A stretch of 64,000 nucleotides of DNA from Nitrosopumilus sp. (GCA_965205675.1 OZ242186.1:768001-832000); one strand, 5' to 3'; positions 20,513 to 31,179 are shown, counted from the stretch's first letter. Notes: generated by a model from the letters alone, not told the origin. A program made the numbers and translations.

Positions 20513-21622
20513 TCACATGCCACGTCTTTTGATGATTGTTAATACATCTTCATCAATCATAACGTGACTCAGTCCCACTCTCTGTCCTCCAAATTTAACA
20601 CTTTTCCCCCAAACTAAACCGTATCTGAATTCTCTTCTTAATCGTCTATGTAATTTGTTACAAATATCTTCTACTGTATCCCCTTCTCTTGCAATCAACG
20701 GTTCTTTGAAATCTGTTTCTCCGCCTTTTGGTCTCATGTAAATTCTAATGAATTTCAATTTTTCATAAATTTTATCTTTCAACACATCTATATTCAAATC
20801 AGAATTTGCAGATACTTCTATGACATTTGATTTTATTTTTGTCTTCAAATCTTTTAGAAATGCATCGTCTACTAAATCAATTTTATTTAAAATTGTTAGT
20901 GCTTTTGAATAGCTAATGTTTCCTGCAATGTGATCAGATAATTGCTCTGATGTTAGGTCTTCTCTAATTACTACTCGTGCACTTACTATTCCATATAGAT
21001 GTAAAATATCTTTAAGATGTTTCTCTGTAATTTTTGTTAGCTTTATTTGTTGTGCTATTGCAATTCCTCCCATACCTGCTTTTTCAATTGTAATGTTTGG
21101 TGGTAATTGATTTAATCTAATTCCTATGTTTCCTAATTCGTTTGTTAATACATCTTCATGGTATGGCTGAAACACATCTAGCACCAATAACACAAGATCA
21201 GCTGTTCTAGCTACTGATAGAATCCTTTTTCCTAAACCTTTACCTGTAGATGCTCCTTTGATAATTCCTGGAAGATCTAAGACTTGAATTTTTGCACCTC
21301 TGTACTCCATCATCCCTGGCACAACTGTTAATGTGGTAAACTGAAATGCCCCTATAGTTGATTTTGCACCTGTCATTTTATTGAGTAATGTGGATTTTCC
21401 TACACTTGGCAATCCTATGAATACTACTGTTGCATCTCCACTTCTTCTTACGTCAAAGCCGTCTTGTTTCATCCCTGATTTTTTTACAACATCAGCTTCT
21501 TGTTCTCTTTTGAGCTTTGCAATTTTAGCTTTTAGTAATCCTATGTGGTGCTCTGTTGCTTTGTTGATCTGAGTTCTTGCCATTTCGTCTTGAATGGCTT
21601 TGATTTTTTCAGGAATTCCCAA
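20513..21622 (-). CDS. DRG/OBG-family GTPase with TGS domain
   Basis: GLPSVGKS, FTTL, DLPG, NKID, WGKSVKF. Confidence 0.93.
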   Translation of the reverse strand: MGIPEKIKAIQDEMARTQINKATEHHIGLLKAKIAKLKREQEADVVKKSGMKQDGFDVRRSGDATVVFIGLPSVGKSTLLNKMTGAKSTIGAFQFTTLTVVPGMMEYRGAKIQVLDLPGIIKGASTGKGLGKRILSVARTADLVLLVLDVFQPYHEDVLTNELGNIGIRLNQLPPNITIEKAGMGGIAIAQQIKLTKITEKHLKDILHLYGIVSARVVIREDLTSEQLSDHIAGNISYSKALTILNKIDLVDDAFLKDLKTKIKSNVIEVSANSDLNIDVLKDKIYEKLKFIRIYMRPKGGETDFKEPLIAREGDTVEDICNKLHRRLRREFRYGLVWGKSVKFGGQRVGLSHVMIDEDVLTIIKRRGM

Positions 21623-21713
21623 GACTGATCAATCTCTTTCATATTCTTTTCAAATAAAACCGTATAACTTTACAATTAGTAGCAAATATTATTTGGTTCA
21701 TAAAACAATTCTT

Positions 21714-22409
21714 ATGAAAAAGAAAACGTTTGCAGTTGATATTGATGGTACTATCACTGAAAATGGCGTAGGCCGGATCCACCTTGACGCCCTTGAATCA
21801 TTACGTCATTTAACTAACATGGGTCACGATGTAATTTTTGTAACTGGACGTTCTTCTGTTGAAGGGTTTTTACTATCTGTTTTTGGCGGTACTACAAAAA
21901 TTGCCGTAGGTGAAAATGGTGGTTGTATCACAATGGATACTAATGATCATGTTTTGTTAGGTGATCTCAAAGAATGCAAAAATGCCTTTGAAATAATTAA
22001 AAACAATATAGACAATGTTAAAGAAAAACATGTTTTTCCTCGAATGACTGAGGTTGTTTTGGAGAGAACTTTTGATTTGAATCATGCAAGAGAATTATTG
22101 TCTGAAAAAAATATCCATGTTCAATTATCTGATAGTCAGTATGCATACCATATCAATTCTCCTGGAATAGACAAGGGTGCTGGATTTACTAAAATTATGA
22201 ATGAATTGTCTATCTCTCGTGATGATGTTATTGCCATTGGAGACAGTGCAACTGATATTCCATTATTCAAAGTTGCAAAAACAAGTGTGGCATTAGGTAA
22301 TGCTTCAGATTCTGTAAAATCTGCAGCCACTATGGTAGTTTCAGCAAAATCTGGAGATGGGGTTCTTGAGGCATTAGATAAATTAGCACCCAAGTTATCT
22401 GAGATATAG
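21714..22409 (+). CDS. Phosphoglycolate phosphatase (HAD, Cof-like)
   Basis: VDIDGTIT, TGR, ENGG, GDSATD; start reassigned to ATG 21714. Confidence 0.88.
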   Translation: MKKKTFAVDIDGTITENGVGRIHLDALESLRHLTNMGHDVIFVTGRSSVEGFLLSVFGGTTKIAVGENGGCITMDTNDHVLLGDLKECKNAFEIIKNNIDNVKEKHVFPRMTEVVLERTFDLNHARELLSEKNIHVQLSDSQYAYHINSPGIDKGAGFTKIMNELSISRDDVIAIGDSATDIPLFKVAKTSVALGNASDSVKSAATMVVSAKSGDGVLEALDKLAPKLSEI

Positions 22410-22411
22410 TA

Positions 22412-24298
22412 ATGACTTTCAAATCCATTCTTGATGAAATTGAAAATAATCTCAACAAAATAATATCTGATCTATCTGTCTCTAATGTGAAATTCTCTGT
22501 TGAACCTGCAAAACCTGGATTTGGTGATGTAAGCTCTAATATTCCATTTTTACTTGCAAAACAACTCAAAAAATCCCCGTTTGAAATTGCTAAAATGTTA
22601 TCTAAAAAATATGTTAATTCTACAAACACACTTGTTTTAAAATCTGAGGCACATCCTTCTGGGTATCTTAACTTTTTTGCAGATTGGGAGAAATTAAATC
22701 AATTAATTCTATCTGAATCTTATCTTGATACCTGTGGTGATGTTGATATTGGAAATGGTTCTACAATTGTAGTTGAACATACTAGTGTTAATCCAAACAA
22801 AGCGCTTCACATAGGACATATTAGAAATATTATCATTGGTGATACGATATCTAGAATTTTAAAAAAATCCAATTACAAAGTCAATGTCTTAAACTACATC
22901 GATGATTCTGGACTCCAGGTTGCCGATATAATAGTTGGATTCAAACATTTTGGATATGATCAAGAACCTCCTGATGGAAAAAAATTTGATCACTATTGTG
23001 GTGATGATGTTTATGTTAAGACAACTGAAAAATATGAAGCAGATTCTAGCCTTGAAGAGATTCGAAAAAATGTTCTCAAAGATCTTGAAGATGGGGATAC
23101 TGAGATTGCAAAGTTTGCTGATAAAATTACTCGACGTGTTTTGGCCGGACAGCTTGAAACTTGTTGGAATCTCGATGTAACTTATGATTGTCTAAACTTT
23201 GAATCTCAAATCATTCGTTCAGGTCTTTGGGCTAAAATCTTTGAAAAACTCAAAGATATGAAACTCATTGAATTTGAAAATGAAGGTAAGAATGCTGGTT
23301 GTTGGATAATTTCTGGTGATAATAATGAAGAAGATAAGGTCATAGTTAGAAGTAATGGGACTGCAACATATATTGCTAAAGATATTCCATATGCTGCTTG
23401 GAAACTAGGTTTACTTGAAGATCCTTTCAACTATGAAAAATATGATAAAAACCAACCTGGTTCTCGAGTTTTATGGCAAACTACTTTGAATGGATCTGAC
23501 AAAATCTCTAAAAATTTTATTGGTGAAAAAGTTATCACTATAATTGATTCAAGGCAAACTCGATTACAGAAGATAATTACTTTATTGATGGGCAAATTCA
23601 AATCAGTCCCCGATGCATATCGTCATCTTGGATACGAATCTGTCACTTTGAGTTCTGAAACTGCTAAAACTCTTGGTTTAGACACTGATGGTAAACAAGC
23701 TCAAATGTCTGGCCGAAAAGGATTGTATGTGAGTGCTGATTCTGTATATGCTTTTCTCAAAGAAAAAACACGTGAAGAAACTAAAAAAAGACATTCTGAA
23801 ATGAATGATTCTGAAATTGAAACAATTGCTCATTTGGTTTCAGTTGGAACATTGAGATATGAGATGATAAAACAAGATTTAGACAAAATCATTACTTTTG
23901 ATTTAATAAAATCCCTTAGTCTGGAAGGAGATACATCTTCATATATACAATACACTCATGCCAGAGCATCTAGAATTTTAGAAAAATCTAATCGTACTCC
24001 TACTATCGATGTTGATTTCTCATTATTGAAAGAAAAATCTGAATTGGATTTGATCAAAAATATTGGTCTTTTCAATTTACACGTTAGAGATGCTGCAAAT
24101 AATTTATCTCCCAAAGTAATTGCAAGATATTGTCATACTCTAGCTGTAACATTTAATTCGTTTTATGAAAAATCTAAGGTTTTGGATTTGGGTGATGTTG
24201 ACCTTGAAAACACTCGTCTTTGCTTGGTGAACTCTTTTAAAATTGTCTTAGAAAAAGCATTATCTCTTTTAGGAATCAAAGCTCCTGATAGAATGTAA
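22412..24298 (+). CDS. argS: Arginine--tRNA ligase
   Basis: EHTSVNPNKALHIGH, MSGRKG, YIQYTHARA, C-terminal PDRM. Confidence 0.97.
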   Translation: MTFKSILDEIENNLNKIISDLSVSNVKFSVEPAKPGFGDVSSNIPFLLAKQLKKSPFEIAKMLSKKYVNSTNTLVLKSEAHPSGYLNFFADWEKLNQLILSESYLDTCGDVDIGNGSTIVVEHTSVNPNKALHIGHIRNIIIGDTISRILKKSNYKVNVLNYIDDSGLQVADIIVGFKHFGYDQEPPDGKKFDHYCGDDVYVKTTEKYEADSSLEEIRKNVLKDLEDGDTEIAKFADKITRRVLAGQLETCWNLDVTYDCLNFESQIIRSGLWAKIFEKLKDMKLIEFENEGKNAGCWIISGDNNEEDKVIVRSNGTATYIAKDIPYAAWKLGLLEDPFNYEKYDKNQPGSRVLWQTTLNGSDKISKNFIGEKVITIIDSRQTRLQKIITLLMGKFKSVPDAYRHLGYESVTLSSETAKTLGLDTDGKQAQMSGRKGLYVSADSVYAFLKEKTREETKKRHSEMNDSEIETIAHLVSVGTLRYEMIKQDLDKIITFDLIKSLSLEGDTSSYIQYTHARASRILEKSNRTPTIDVDFSLLKEKSELDLIKNIGLFNLHVRDAANNLSPKVIARYCHTLAVTFNSFYEKSKVLDLGDVDLENTRLCLVNSFKIVLEKALSLLGIKAPDRM

Positions 24299-24314
24299 TG
24301 TTTTAGGCAAAAAA

Positions 24315-24352
24315 TAAAAATGATTCATTAAAAATGATTCATTAAAAATGAT
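24315..24352. repeat. 14-bp tandem repeat, about 2.7 copies
   Basis: TAAAAATGATTCAT TAAAAATGATTCAT TAAAAATGAT. Confidence 0.8.
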
Positions 24353-24752
24353 GACTAAATTCCTTGCCTCATTAGAATCTAAAAAAGAATTTGCATCAAG
24401 TGGTCGCATCTTTGATCTTATGATAAAAATCCATATCTCTATTATGGTGTTTTTTTTCGTATGTACCAATCATTTTAGATGTATCCTGCCACATCCCAAA
24501 AACATGTTCAATCCCTATTTTCCATGTCTCAAAGCATGTAAGAAATACTGCAGATATTCTCATGGCCTGTTCATTCCTCATCTGTTCACAAGCATCTCTC
24601 TGCATCATGTATTTTTAAATCAAGTTTAGCATATCTTGAAAATTCTACTCCAAAACTCTAGCTAGTTACACTTGTTTTGAAAATAATAATTTTGATATAT
24701 GTGTGATTATTATTTTAGTAGATCTAAAAAATAATTTGGATGATAAAAGAAA

Positions 24753-25067
24753 TTATTGAGGATTAATTTCCATTTTACCAAATTTGCCTTTGGTTAGGGA
24801 TACTTCACCTTTGAACTCATTGGTATATCCATTTGTAATGACAACGGTATCTCCTACATTAACTTCTTTGATATCGTCTCCCCACAAAGTGAGTTTCATT
24901 TGGTCCTCTTCAGCCTCGCCGCTAAAAATTACTGCATCACAGACATCTACTGTACCGCCATTTTTGAGATTGACAGTTCTAGAGTCTCCCTTGCTTTTAA
25001 CATCGGCCTTAACATTAACTCCGCTTCGCATTTTTTTTGCTTCAGAAATTGGTATGAATTCTGACAT
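24753..25067 (-). CDS. ssb: Single-OB-fold ssDNA-binding protein (SSB/RPA)
   Basis: KLTLWGD...VGDTVVITNGYTNEFKGEVSL; likely start MSEFIP at 25067. Confidence 0.88.
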   Translation of the reverse strand: MSEFIPISEAKKMRSGVNVKADVKSKGDSRTVNLKNGGTVDVCDAVIFSGEAEEDQMKLTLWGDDIKEVNVGDTVVITNGYTNEFKGEVSLTKGKFGKMEINPQ

Positions 25068-25090
25068 GTTTTTGAAATTATTCTGCATGA

Positions 25091-25101
25091 TTATAAGCTT
25101 T
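25091..25101 (-). promoter_or_regulatory. BRE/TATA promoter of ssb, probably leaderless
   Basis: Minus strand AAAGC-TTATAA about 24 nt upstream of ATG 25067. Confidence 0.55.
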
Positions 25102-25110
25102 GTTAAAAAA

Positions 25111-26097
25111 GGTTCTATCGGGTTATCGTGACCTGATCATCTATTCCAAGAATCACGAATATGATCTGGTAGTGAATCATAATCTGAGTCAAACACTTCA
25201 TCCCAGTTAATTGAAACATGGGCATAACTAATTCTAATTTTTGAGTCAATTCTCAAATTATTCAAATCAAAAAAGCTAAGGATCTTTACAATATCATTTC
25301 ATTGCAACATGAATGTAAAAATCCCCAACAACATAAGGTATGAATCATTTCTTATTGGTGTGTTACATTTGGTGGGAATGTTGTCTTTGTATGAGAAAGT
25401 ATTCAGATCGGGCAGGGACCGTATGTCTATTCAACTATTCTAACGGTGCAACTATTTATCATAAAATCTTGGATGAAAATTCCAAGCAACAATACATTTC
25501 ATTATTTTCTTTTGACTAAAGGTGCTGATGATAAATTGTTCAAGGTTTGCAGACTAACTCAAATTCCAAACAGAAGAACCATTGACAGACGATTCCAAGT
25601 TCTGCCAATTGGTGATATAATCAGTAATATGAGAAATCAGTTTATCTTCAATAAACTAGTTGATGACGTATCTGCATCAGTTGATAGTTCAATGCTAAAA
25701 GCAGCAGAGTCCGACATGGCACAAATCAGACATGAAGAATAATCGTTTACCACTTTCAGGAATTGATACTGATGCAAAATGAGGTTTTTTAAAATCAAAG
25801 GGTCAGATATTTGGGTACAAACTATACATGAGTTGTAGTACTGGCAAACTGGTTACTCCTTTATCTGCTGATGTCTCAACTGCAAATGTTCATGACGGCA
25901 AGATAGATACGCCTAATCATTGATGGAATCAAAGCATATTACAATTTCACAAAGAAACAATGGTGCATTGAAAGGTAAGACTCCAAGTGAGGAAGCCTTG
26001 ATCAAAGTTGATGGTAAGAATAGATGGAAAACCACTATTGAAAATGCCTCACTTTACAAAGAAAATTCAATCTAGGTCACGATAACCTGACAGAATC
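25111..26097 (+). mobile_element. IS6-family remnant with both ends, internally deleted
   Basis: TIRs GGTTCTATCGGGTTATCGTGACCT / AGGTCACGATAACCTGACAGAATC; 8-bp TSD TTAAAAAA (25103-25110, 26098-26105). Frameshifted transposase C-terminus (IIDGIKAYYNFTKK..ALKGKTPSEEALIKVDGKNRWKT) at about 25905-26075. Confidence 0.82.
25213..25903 (+). pseudogene. Truncated, frameshifted relative of the IS982-like element at 48857-51081, nested in the IS6 remnant
   Basis: Left TIR GAAACATGGGCATAA; ORF 25446-25742 closely matches the 48911-49855 transposase; stops and frameshifts follow. Confidence 0.87.
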
Positions 26098-26183
26098 TTA
26101 AAAAATCAGCACAAAATTATAGATCATATTTTTAATCTGCCAAAATAGTAATCGAGAAATATTGGTTTATGCATAATCTTGTT

Positions 26184-26284
26184 GCAGAGGTATCGAAGCC
26201 CGGTCAACCGAGAGGGACTCAAGATCTTCAAAATAGGAAATCCCTTCTCTTAGGAGTTCGTGGGTTCGAATCCCACCCTCTGCA
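26184..26284 (+). tRNA. tRNA-Leu(CAA) with a ~16-nt canonical intron
   Basis: Acceptor GCAGAGG/CCTCTGC-A, anticodon arm AGGGA-CTCAAG[intron]A-TCCCT, long variable arm, T-loop TTCGAAT. Confidence 0.92.
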
Positions 26285-26330
26285 CTAAATTTCTATTAAA
26301 ATGATTAGTTTTTGGTAAAAATTTTTGAAA

Positions 26331-26453
26331 TTATGCAACAAGTGTCTTTACTTTTCTCATAGAATGGTCTGAAATTTGTTTATGCATTTCAGCTAGTTGC
26401 TCATCTTTGAAAGATAGATTGCATCGAAAACACTTCCAAACCATTTCAGTCAT
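26331..26453 (-). CDS. 40-aa C2H2 zinc-finger microprotein (below the ORF-track cutoff)
   Basis: MTEMVWKCFRCNLSFKDEQLAEMHKQISDHSMRKVKTLVA: C-x2-C-x3-F-x8-H-x5-H. Confidence 0.7.
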   Translation of the reverse strand: MTEMVWKCFRCNLSFKDEQLAEMHKQISDHSMRKVKTLVA

Positions 26454-26636
26454 GTCTAGTCTAGGTATAAATTGCTTATAAGGATATTGCATGATTGATC
26501 CAATTTTTTACAATACATGATCAATGTTTTAAAAAACTTGTAATTTTTATAATTTTTTTGCTCATAATGAAATTTTTCATGCCTGAATGTAAATCCAAGG
26601 GTTTAGAAAACAAAAAAGTACTATGATTTTTGAAAG

Positions 26637-27257
26637 ATGTTTGATATTTTTGAAATTTTTGGAGAATTTTCATATCTTGGAATTTTTCTTGTACTAATTG
26701 GAATAAATTCTGCTCCGATCCTAATGCCTCCCAGTTGGATTATTCTTACATCTTTCTATCTTCTAGATCCTACACTAAACGTAGTTCTCCTTGCTATGGT
26801 GGGTGCTACTGGCGCAACTATTGGTAGGTTCCTTTTAAAAAAAATTAGTGGGTTGTTTAGAAAATTTGTATCTGAAGAACCAAAATCAAATCTTGATACT
26901 ATTGGAAATTATCTTAATGGAAAAAAATACGGTTATATGGTTGCCTCTTTTTTGTTTGGTGCAACTCCTTTACCCAGTAACATGTTGTTTATTGCATATG
27001 GATTAATGCGTGCAAAGAGTCTTGGCATCTATGTTGGATTCTGGTTTGGTAGAACTATTTCATATATCATTATGATCTATTTTGGAAATGCGGTATTGAC
27101 ACCATTTTTAGAAGTCTTTGAGGATCGTTTTACCGGTATCTTATTAATTGATGGTGTTGGTATCGCTTTGATTGTTTTGTTTGCTTCTATTAATTGGACT
27201 GTGTTGATCACTCAAAGAAAAATAAAATTCGTCAAACCAAAAATTTGGAGATTTTAA
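26637..27257 (+). CDS. DedA/VTT-like membrane protein
   Basis: Several hydrophobic helices; GATGATIGR and ATPLPS motifs. Confidence 0.75.
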   Translation: MFDIFEIFGEFSYLGIFLVLIGINSAPILMPPSWIILTSFYLLDPTLNVVLLAMVGATGATIGRFLLKKISGLFRKFVSEEPKSNLDTIGNYLNGKKYGYMVASFLFGATPLPSNMLFIAYGLMRAKSLGIYVGFWFGRTISYIIMIYFGNAVLTPFLEVFEDRFTGILLIDGVGIALIVLFASINWTVLITQRKIKFVKPKIWRF

Positions 27258-27878
27258 ATGAAAGTTCTTGATTCTATTAAAATAGATATTCAAAAATTAA
27301 TAGATAATGATCCTGCCCATGATTTTGAACATATTATGCGTGTGTATCGTAATGCTCAAAAAATGTGTAAAAACGAGAATGCAAATCCAAAACTCACTCT
27401 GAGTGCTGCATTATTGCATGATATTGTATCTTATCCTAAATCTGATAAACGTTCAAAAATGTCTTCTCTAGAAAGTGCAAAAAAATCAAAATCTATATTA
27501 AAAAAATATAATTTTTCTAATGAAGAGATTGTAATTGTTCATGATGCTATTCGCGATCATAGCTTTTCTCAAAATAAAACCCCTACAACCCTAACAGGTA
27601 AAATTCTTCAAGATGCTGATAGACTGGATGCGATTGGTGCGATAGGGATTGCAAGAGTTTTTGCAACTGGCGGTTCTTTAAAGCGCCCTTTTTACAATAT
27701 TGATGATCCTTTTTGTAAAACAAGAAAACCTGATGACAAAACTTGGACTGTTGATCATTTTTATCAAAAACTATTAAAATTAGAATCTTTGATGAACACA
27801 AAATCTGGTAAACTAGAAGCGCAAAAGAGAACTAGAGTCTTAAAAAATTATTTAAAACAACTAAAACAAGAACTTTAG
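27258..27878 (+). CDS. HD-domain phosphohydrolase
   Basis: AHDFEHIMRV, LLHD, QDADRLDAIGAIGIAR. Confidence 0.92.
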   Translation: MKVLDSIKIDIQKLIDNDPAHDFEHIMRVYRNAQKMCKNENANPKLTLSAALLHDIVSYPKSDKRSKMSSLESAKKSKSILKKYNFSNEEIVIVHDAIRDHSFSQNKTPTTLTGKILQDADRLDAIGAIGIARVFATGGSLKRPFYNIDDPFCKTRKPDDKTWTVDHFYQKLLKLESLMNTKSGKLEAQKRTRVLKNYLKQLKQEL

Positions 27879-28186
27879 CCATAATCCACATATCTATCAT
27901 AACGTGTTTCAATCTCTTTATTCTCGCCTGATTTTATTTTCTCATATTCTTCTTTTTTTCTAAATTCAATGTATTTCATAATTTCTGTAAATTCCTTATC
28001 TTTTGGATATGATTGAAAAACAGGTTCAATTAATTGCAAATATTCCAAAGTCTTTTCACGAAATTCTTCCCTAGTTGGTTTTTTGATACCTTTCATTCTA
28101 AACCATACTGCTGTCCAACTTGCACCTATTACATGTGGCAGTAAATCAAATGCACGTTGAATTTCAAAACGTTCGTCGTTTCTCAT
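27875..28186 (-). CDS. Hypothetical protein
   Basis: 103-aa ORF translationally coupled to hemB. Confidence 0.7.
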   Translation of the reverse strand: MRNDERFEIQRAFDLLPHVIGASWTAVWFRMKGIKKPTREEFREKTLEYLQLIEPVFQSYPKDKEFTEIMKYIEFRKKEEYEKIKSGENKEIETRYDRYVDYG

Positions 28187-29163
28187 GATTCTTGAAGGAA
28201 TTTTGAAGCTGATTTTGCAAAATATGTTACGATCATATCTGCTCCTGCTCTTTTAATTGAATGTAAAATCTCTAATGTGATATCTCTCTCATTTACATAA
28301 CCTAGCTGTGCAGCAGCTTTTACCAATGCATATTCGCCTGAAACACTGTATGCTGAAACTGGTATGTTGAATTTTTTCCTAGCTTCTGCAATTAAATCCA
28401 AATATGATAATGCTGGTTTTATCATAACAATGTCTACCCCTTCTTCAATATCTGTTTCAACTTCCATCATTGCTTCTCTTGCATTGGTATATGGAACTTG
28501 GTACGTTTTTCTATCTCCAAACTTTGGAGCACATTCAGCTGCATCTCTAAATGGTGAGTAAAAGTTTGAACGATGTTTTGCAGAGTGCGACATTATTGAA
28601 ACATCTGTAAATCCTGAATCATCTAATGCTTTTCGTATTGCAGCTACTTGACCATCCATCATTGCTGATGGTGATACTGTATCTACACCTGCTTTGGCTA
28701 AACTCACAGCTATTTTTGAAAGTGTGTTTAAACTAATGTCGTTATCTATTTTATCTCCTTGAATAATTCCACAATGTCCTGTAGATGTGAATTGACATAG
28801 ACAAACATCTGCCATAATTACAATTTTATCTCCAAATTTCTTTTTAATTTGTGATGCTGCTTTTTGAACAATTCCATTATCATCAAAGGCTGAACTCCCA
28901 GCTTCATCTTTTTGAGTTGGAATCCCAAAAATCATAATTGCAGGAATTCCTAATTGAATTATTTCCTCTACTTCGTCATTTACATCATTTAATGGCAATC
29001 TCTTAATTTCTGACATTGATTCTACTTTGACTCGTTGATTCAAATCTTCTTGAACAAACACAGGACAAATGAAATCCTTGGGAGATAGCGTTGTTTCTTG
29101 AACCAACTCTCTCATCTTCTCAGATATTCTCAGTCGACGAAGGCGTTTTGTTGGAAATGACAT
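28183..29163 (-). CDS. hemB: Porphobilinogen synthase
   Basis: DVCLCQFTSTGHCG, PSAMMDG, MIKPA, YSVSGEY. Confidence 0.97.
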   Translation of the reverse strand: MSFPTKRLRRLRISEKMRELVQETTLSPKDFICPVFVQEDLNQRVKVESMSEIKRLPLNDVNDEVEEIIQLGIPAIMIFGIPTQKDEAGSSAFDDNGIVQKAASQIKKKFGDKIVIMADVCLCQFTSTGHCGIIQGDKIDNDISLNTLSKIAVSLAKAGVDTVSPSAMMDGQVAAIRKALDDSGFTDVSIMSHSAKHRSNFYSPFRDAAECAPKFGDRKTYQVPYTNAREAMMEVETDIEEGVDIVMIKPALSYLDLIAEARKKFNIPVSAYSVSGEYALVKAAAQLGYVNERDITLEILHSIKRAGADMIVTYFAKSASKFLQES

Positions 29164-29193
29164 GATGAAATTCTCTTTAAGTAAAATATAATC

Positions 29194-30465
29194 CTAGTCT
29201 GATTGATTCTGTTTATTATAGTCAAATAATCTGCTTGCCAATTCTACCACATCTGGTTTTCCCTGCTCAGATGCTTTTCTGATATTGTTCATTGGAGTTG
29301 ATACTATGATTTCTACTACGGCTTTTGTCAGTTCTTCAATAATCTTAATTTTTTTCTCATCTTTTTCATCAAGCATTTGAAGTGCTTTTTGTAATTCTCT
29401 TTCTCTGAGATTCTCTATGTTCTTAAATACATCTTTTACAAGTGGCTCTGCATCTAGTCTTTTCATAGAGGCTTCTAATACAGATACTTCTTCATTAATT
29501 ATATTTTCAATGGTTTTTACCTTGTTTAACCGTGCATTCATGTTTTTTTCAACCATTTCTGCAATCTGGTCTAGATTCATTAGTTTAACACCTCCTATGG
29601 TTGCAACTTTCTCATCAACTGTTCTAGGATTTGACAAATCCAAAATCATCATTCCTTTATTTTTATTTTTCATAGCTTCTGTTATTCTCTCATTAGTGAC
29701 AAGAAAATATGGTGCAGTAGTTGCTACAAAAATAACATCATAGTTATCAAATCCTAAAAGTACTTTTTCAAATCTGATTGCATTTCCTCCCATTGTTTCA
29801 CAAAATGTTTTTGATCTTCCAATGGTTCTACTTGTAACATCAAATGCATAGCCTCGTCTTTGTAATGATTTTGCAACTAGAGTGGATACCTCTCCTGTTC
29901 CAATAAGTAATACTTTTTTTGTTTTTAATTCATCAATGTTTTCCTCTGCTAACTTTACTGCCATGGATCCCACTGAAATTCCTCCAGCTCCTATGCCACT
30001 TGAATTTCTAATTCTTGTTCCAATTCTAATGGCCTTGTCAAATAATGTGTTGAGATGTTGACCTGATGCTTTTACTTCTCTAGCTGAAGTAATGGAATTT
30101 TTTATTTGTCCTAGAATTTGCTCTTCTCCTAATACCATGGAATCTAATCCTGAAGTTAATTTCAACAAATGATGTAATGCTTCTTGATTTTCTGCAAATT
30201 CGATATTTTCATTAAATGCCTCCTCTTCAAGCCCTGTGATTTCTGCCCATGTTTTTTTAATTTTGTTTGAATCATATGTCTTAGATTTACCAAATAGTTC
30301 AATTCTGTTACAGGTCTGAATAATTACACACTCATCTAGTCCTGAATGGTTTTTGAATTGCTCATATGCATCATTCATATCCTTAATTGTAAATTGTTCC
30401 AGAATGTGAATTGGTGAATTACGAAAAGTAACACGTGCATTAATGATATTTTGATTCATTTCCAA
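29194..30465 (-). CDS. hemA: Glutamyl-tRNA reductase
   Basis: TCNRIE, GLDSMVLGEEQILGQ. Confidence 0.96.
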   Translation of the reverse strand: MEMNQNIINARVTFRNSPIHILEQFTIKDMNDAYEQFKNHSGLDECVIIQTCNRIELFGKSKTYDSNKIKKTWAEITGLEEEAFNENIEFAENQEALHHLLKLTSGLDSMVLGEEQILGQIKNSITSAREVKASGQHLNTLFDKAIRIGTRIRNSSGIGAGGISVGSMAVKLAEENIDELKTKKVLLIGTGEVSTLVAKSLQRRGYAFDVTSRTIGRSKTFCETMGGNAIRFEKVLLGFDNYDVIFVATTAPYFLVTNERITEAMKNKNKGMMILDLSNPRTVDEKVATIGGVKLMNLDQIAEMVEKNMNARLNKVKTIENIINEEVSVLEASMKRLDAEPLVKDVFKNIENLRERELQKALQMLDEKDEKKIKIIEELTKAVVEIIVSTPMNNIRKASEQGKPDVVELASRLFDYNKQNQSD

Positions 30466-31109
30466 TTCCTCAATATTGTACTAGCTCGTCTTTCAGCTTT
30501 TTTCATCTGCCCGTCTTTTATTAACTGATCAATTTTATCATCATTCATGATATTGCATAGACATTCTCTTCTTTGATCTTGTGTGGGTATAGTTTCTTTA
30601 GCTATCTTTCTTGCCATTTTTTGAATTCTAATTTGAGAAATGTCTTCTTTTGTGATTATTTTTTTGAAGAGCTTCTCAGATTTACTTTTAATTTTCTTTG
30701 ACATTGCAGGACTTTTCCCTCCAGTGAAAATTGCAATTTGAATGATATTCTCAAAATCAATTATTGCTGGATTTGAAAAATCGCTATCTTCAGGATTATC
30801 TGAACTATATACGATAATCTTTTTCTTTTTAGCAGCATTGATGATTTTTTGATTTATTTTTTCATCATTTGTTGTTGTAATGATCAAATCAGGTTTTAGT
30901 GTTGAAATAAATTTTATATTTGTAATTTTTTGTTTTTTTAATTTAATTTTTTTTGTTTTCACTAGCTTGTTAATTTGAACATTTACTGAATCACTAATTA
31001 TTATAATTTCACAATCTTGTTTTAATATTGAATTGATTCTTTTTTGTGCCTCTTTGCCTCCCCCAATGATGATTACCTTTTTACCTTTAAGATTAAGATC
31101 AACTATCAT
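30456..31109 (-). CDS. sirC: Precorrin-2 dehydrogenase/sirohydrochlorin ferrochelatase
   Basis: IIGGG, DNPEDSDF, TGGKSP. Confidence 0.88.
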   Translation of the reverse strand: MIVDLNLKGKKVIIIGGGKEAQKRINSILKQDCEIIIISDSVNVQINKLVKTKKIKLKKQKITNIKFISTLKPDLIITTTNDEKINQKIINAAKKKKIIVYSSDNPEDSDFSNPAIIDFENIIQIAIFTGGKSPAMSKKIKSKSEKLFKKIITKEDISQIRIQKMARKIAKETIPTQDQRRECLCNIMNDDKIDQLIKDGQMKKAERRASTILRNWK

Positions 31110-31179
31110 CGATCAAAGGGATCCCAGTTTCTATTTATGTATTAAAAACCAGAGCGTAAAATACCAGCTACATTTTTAA

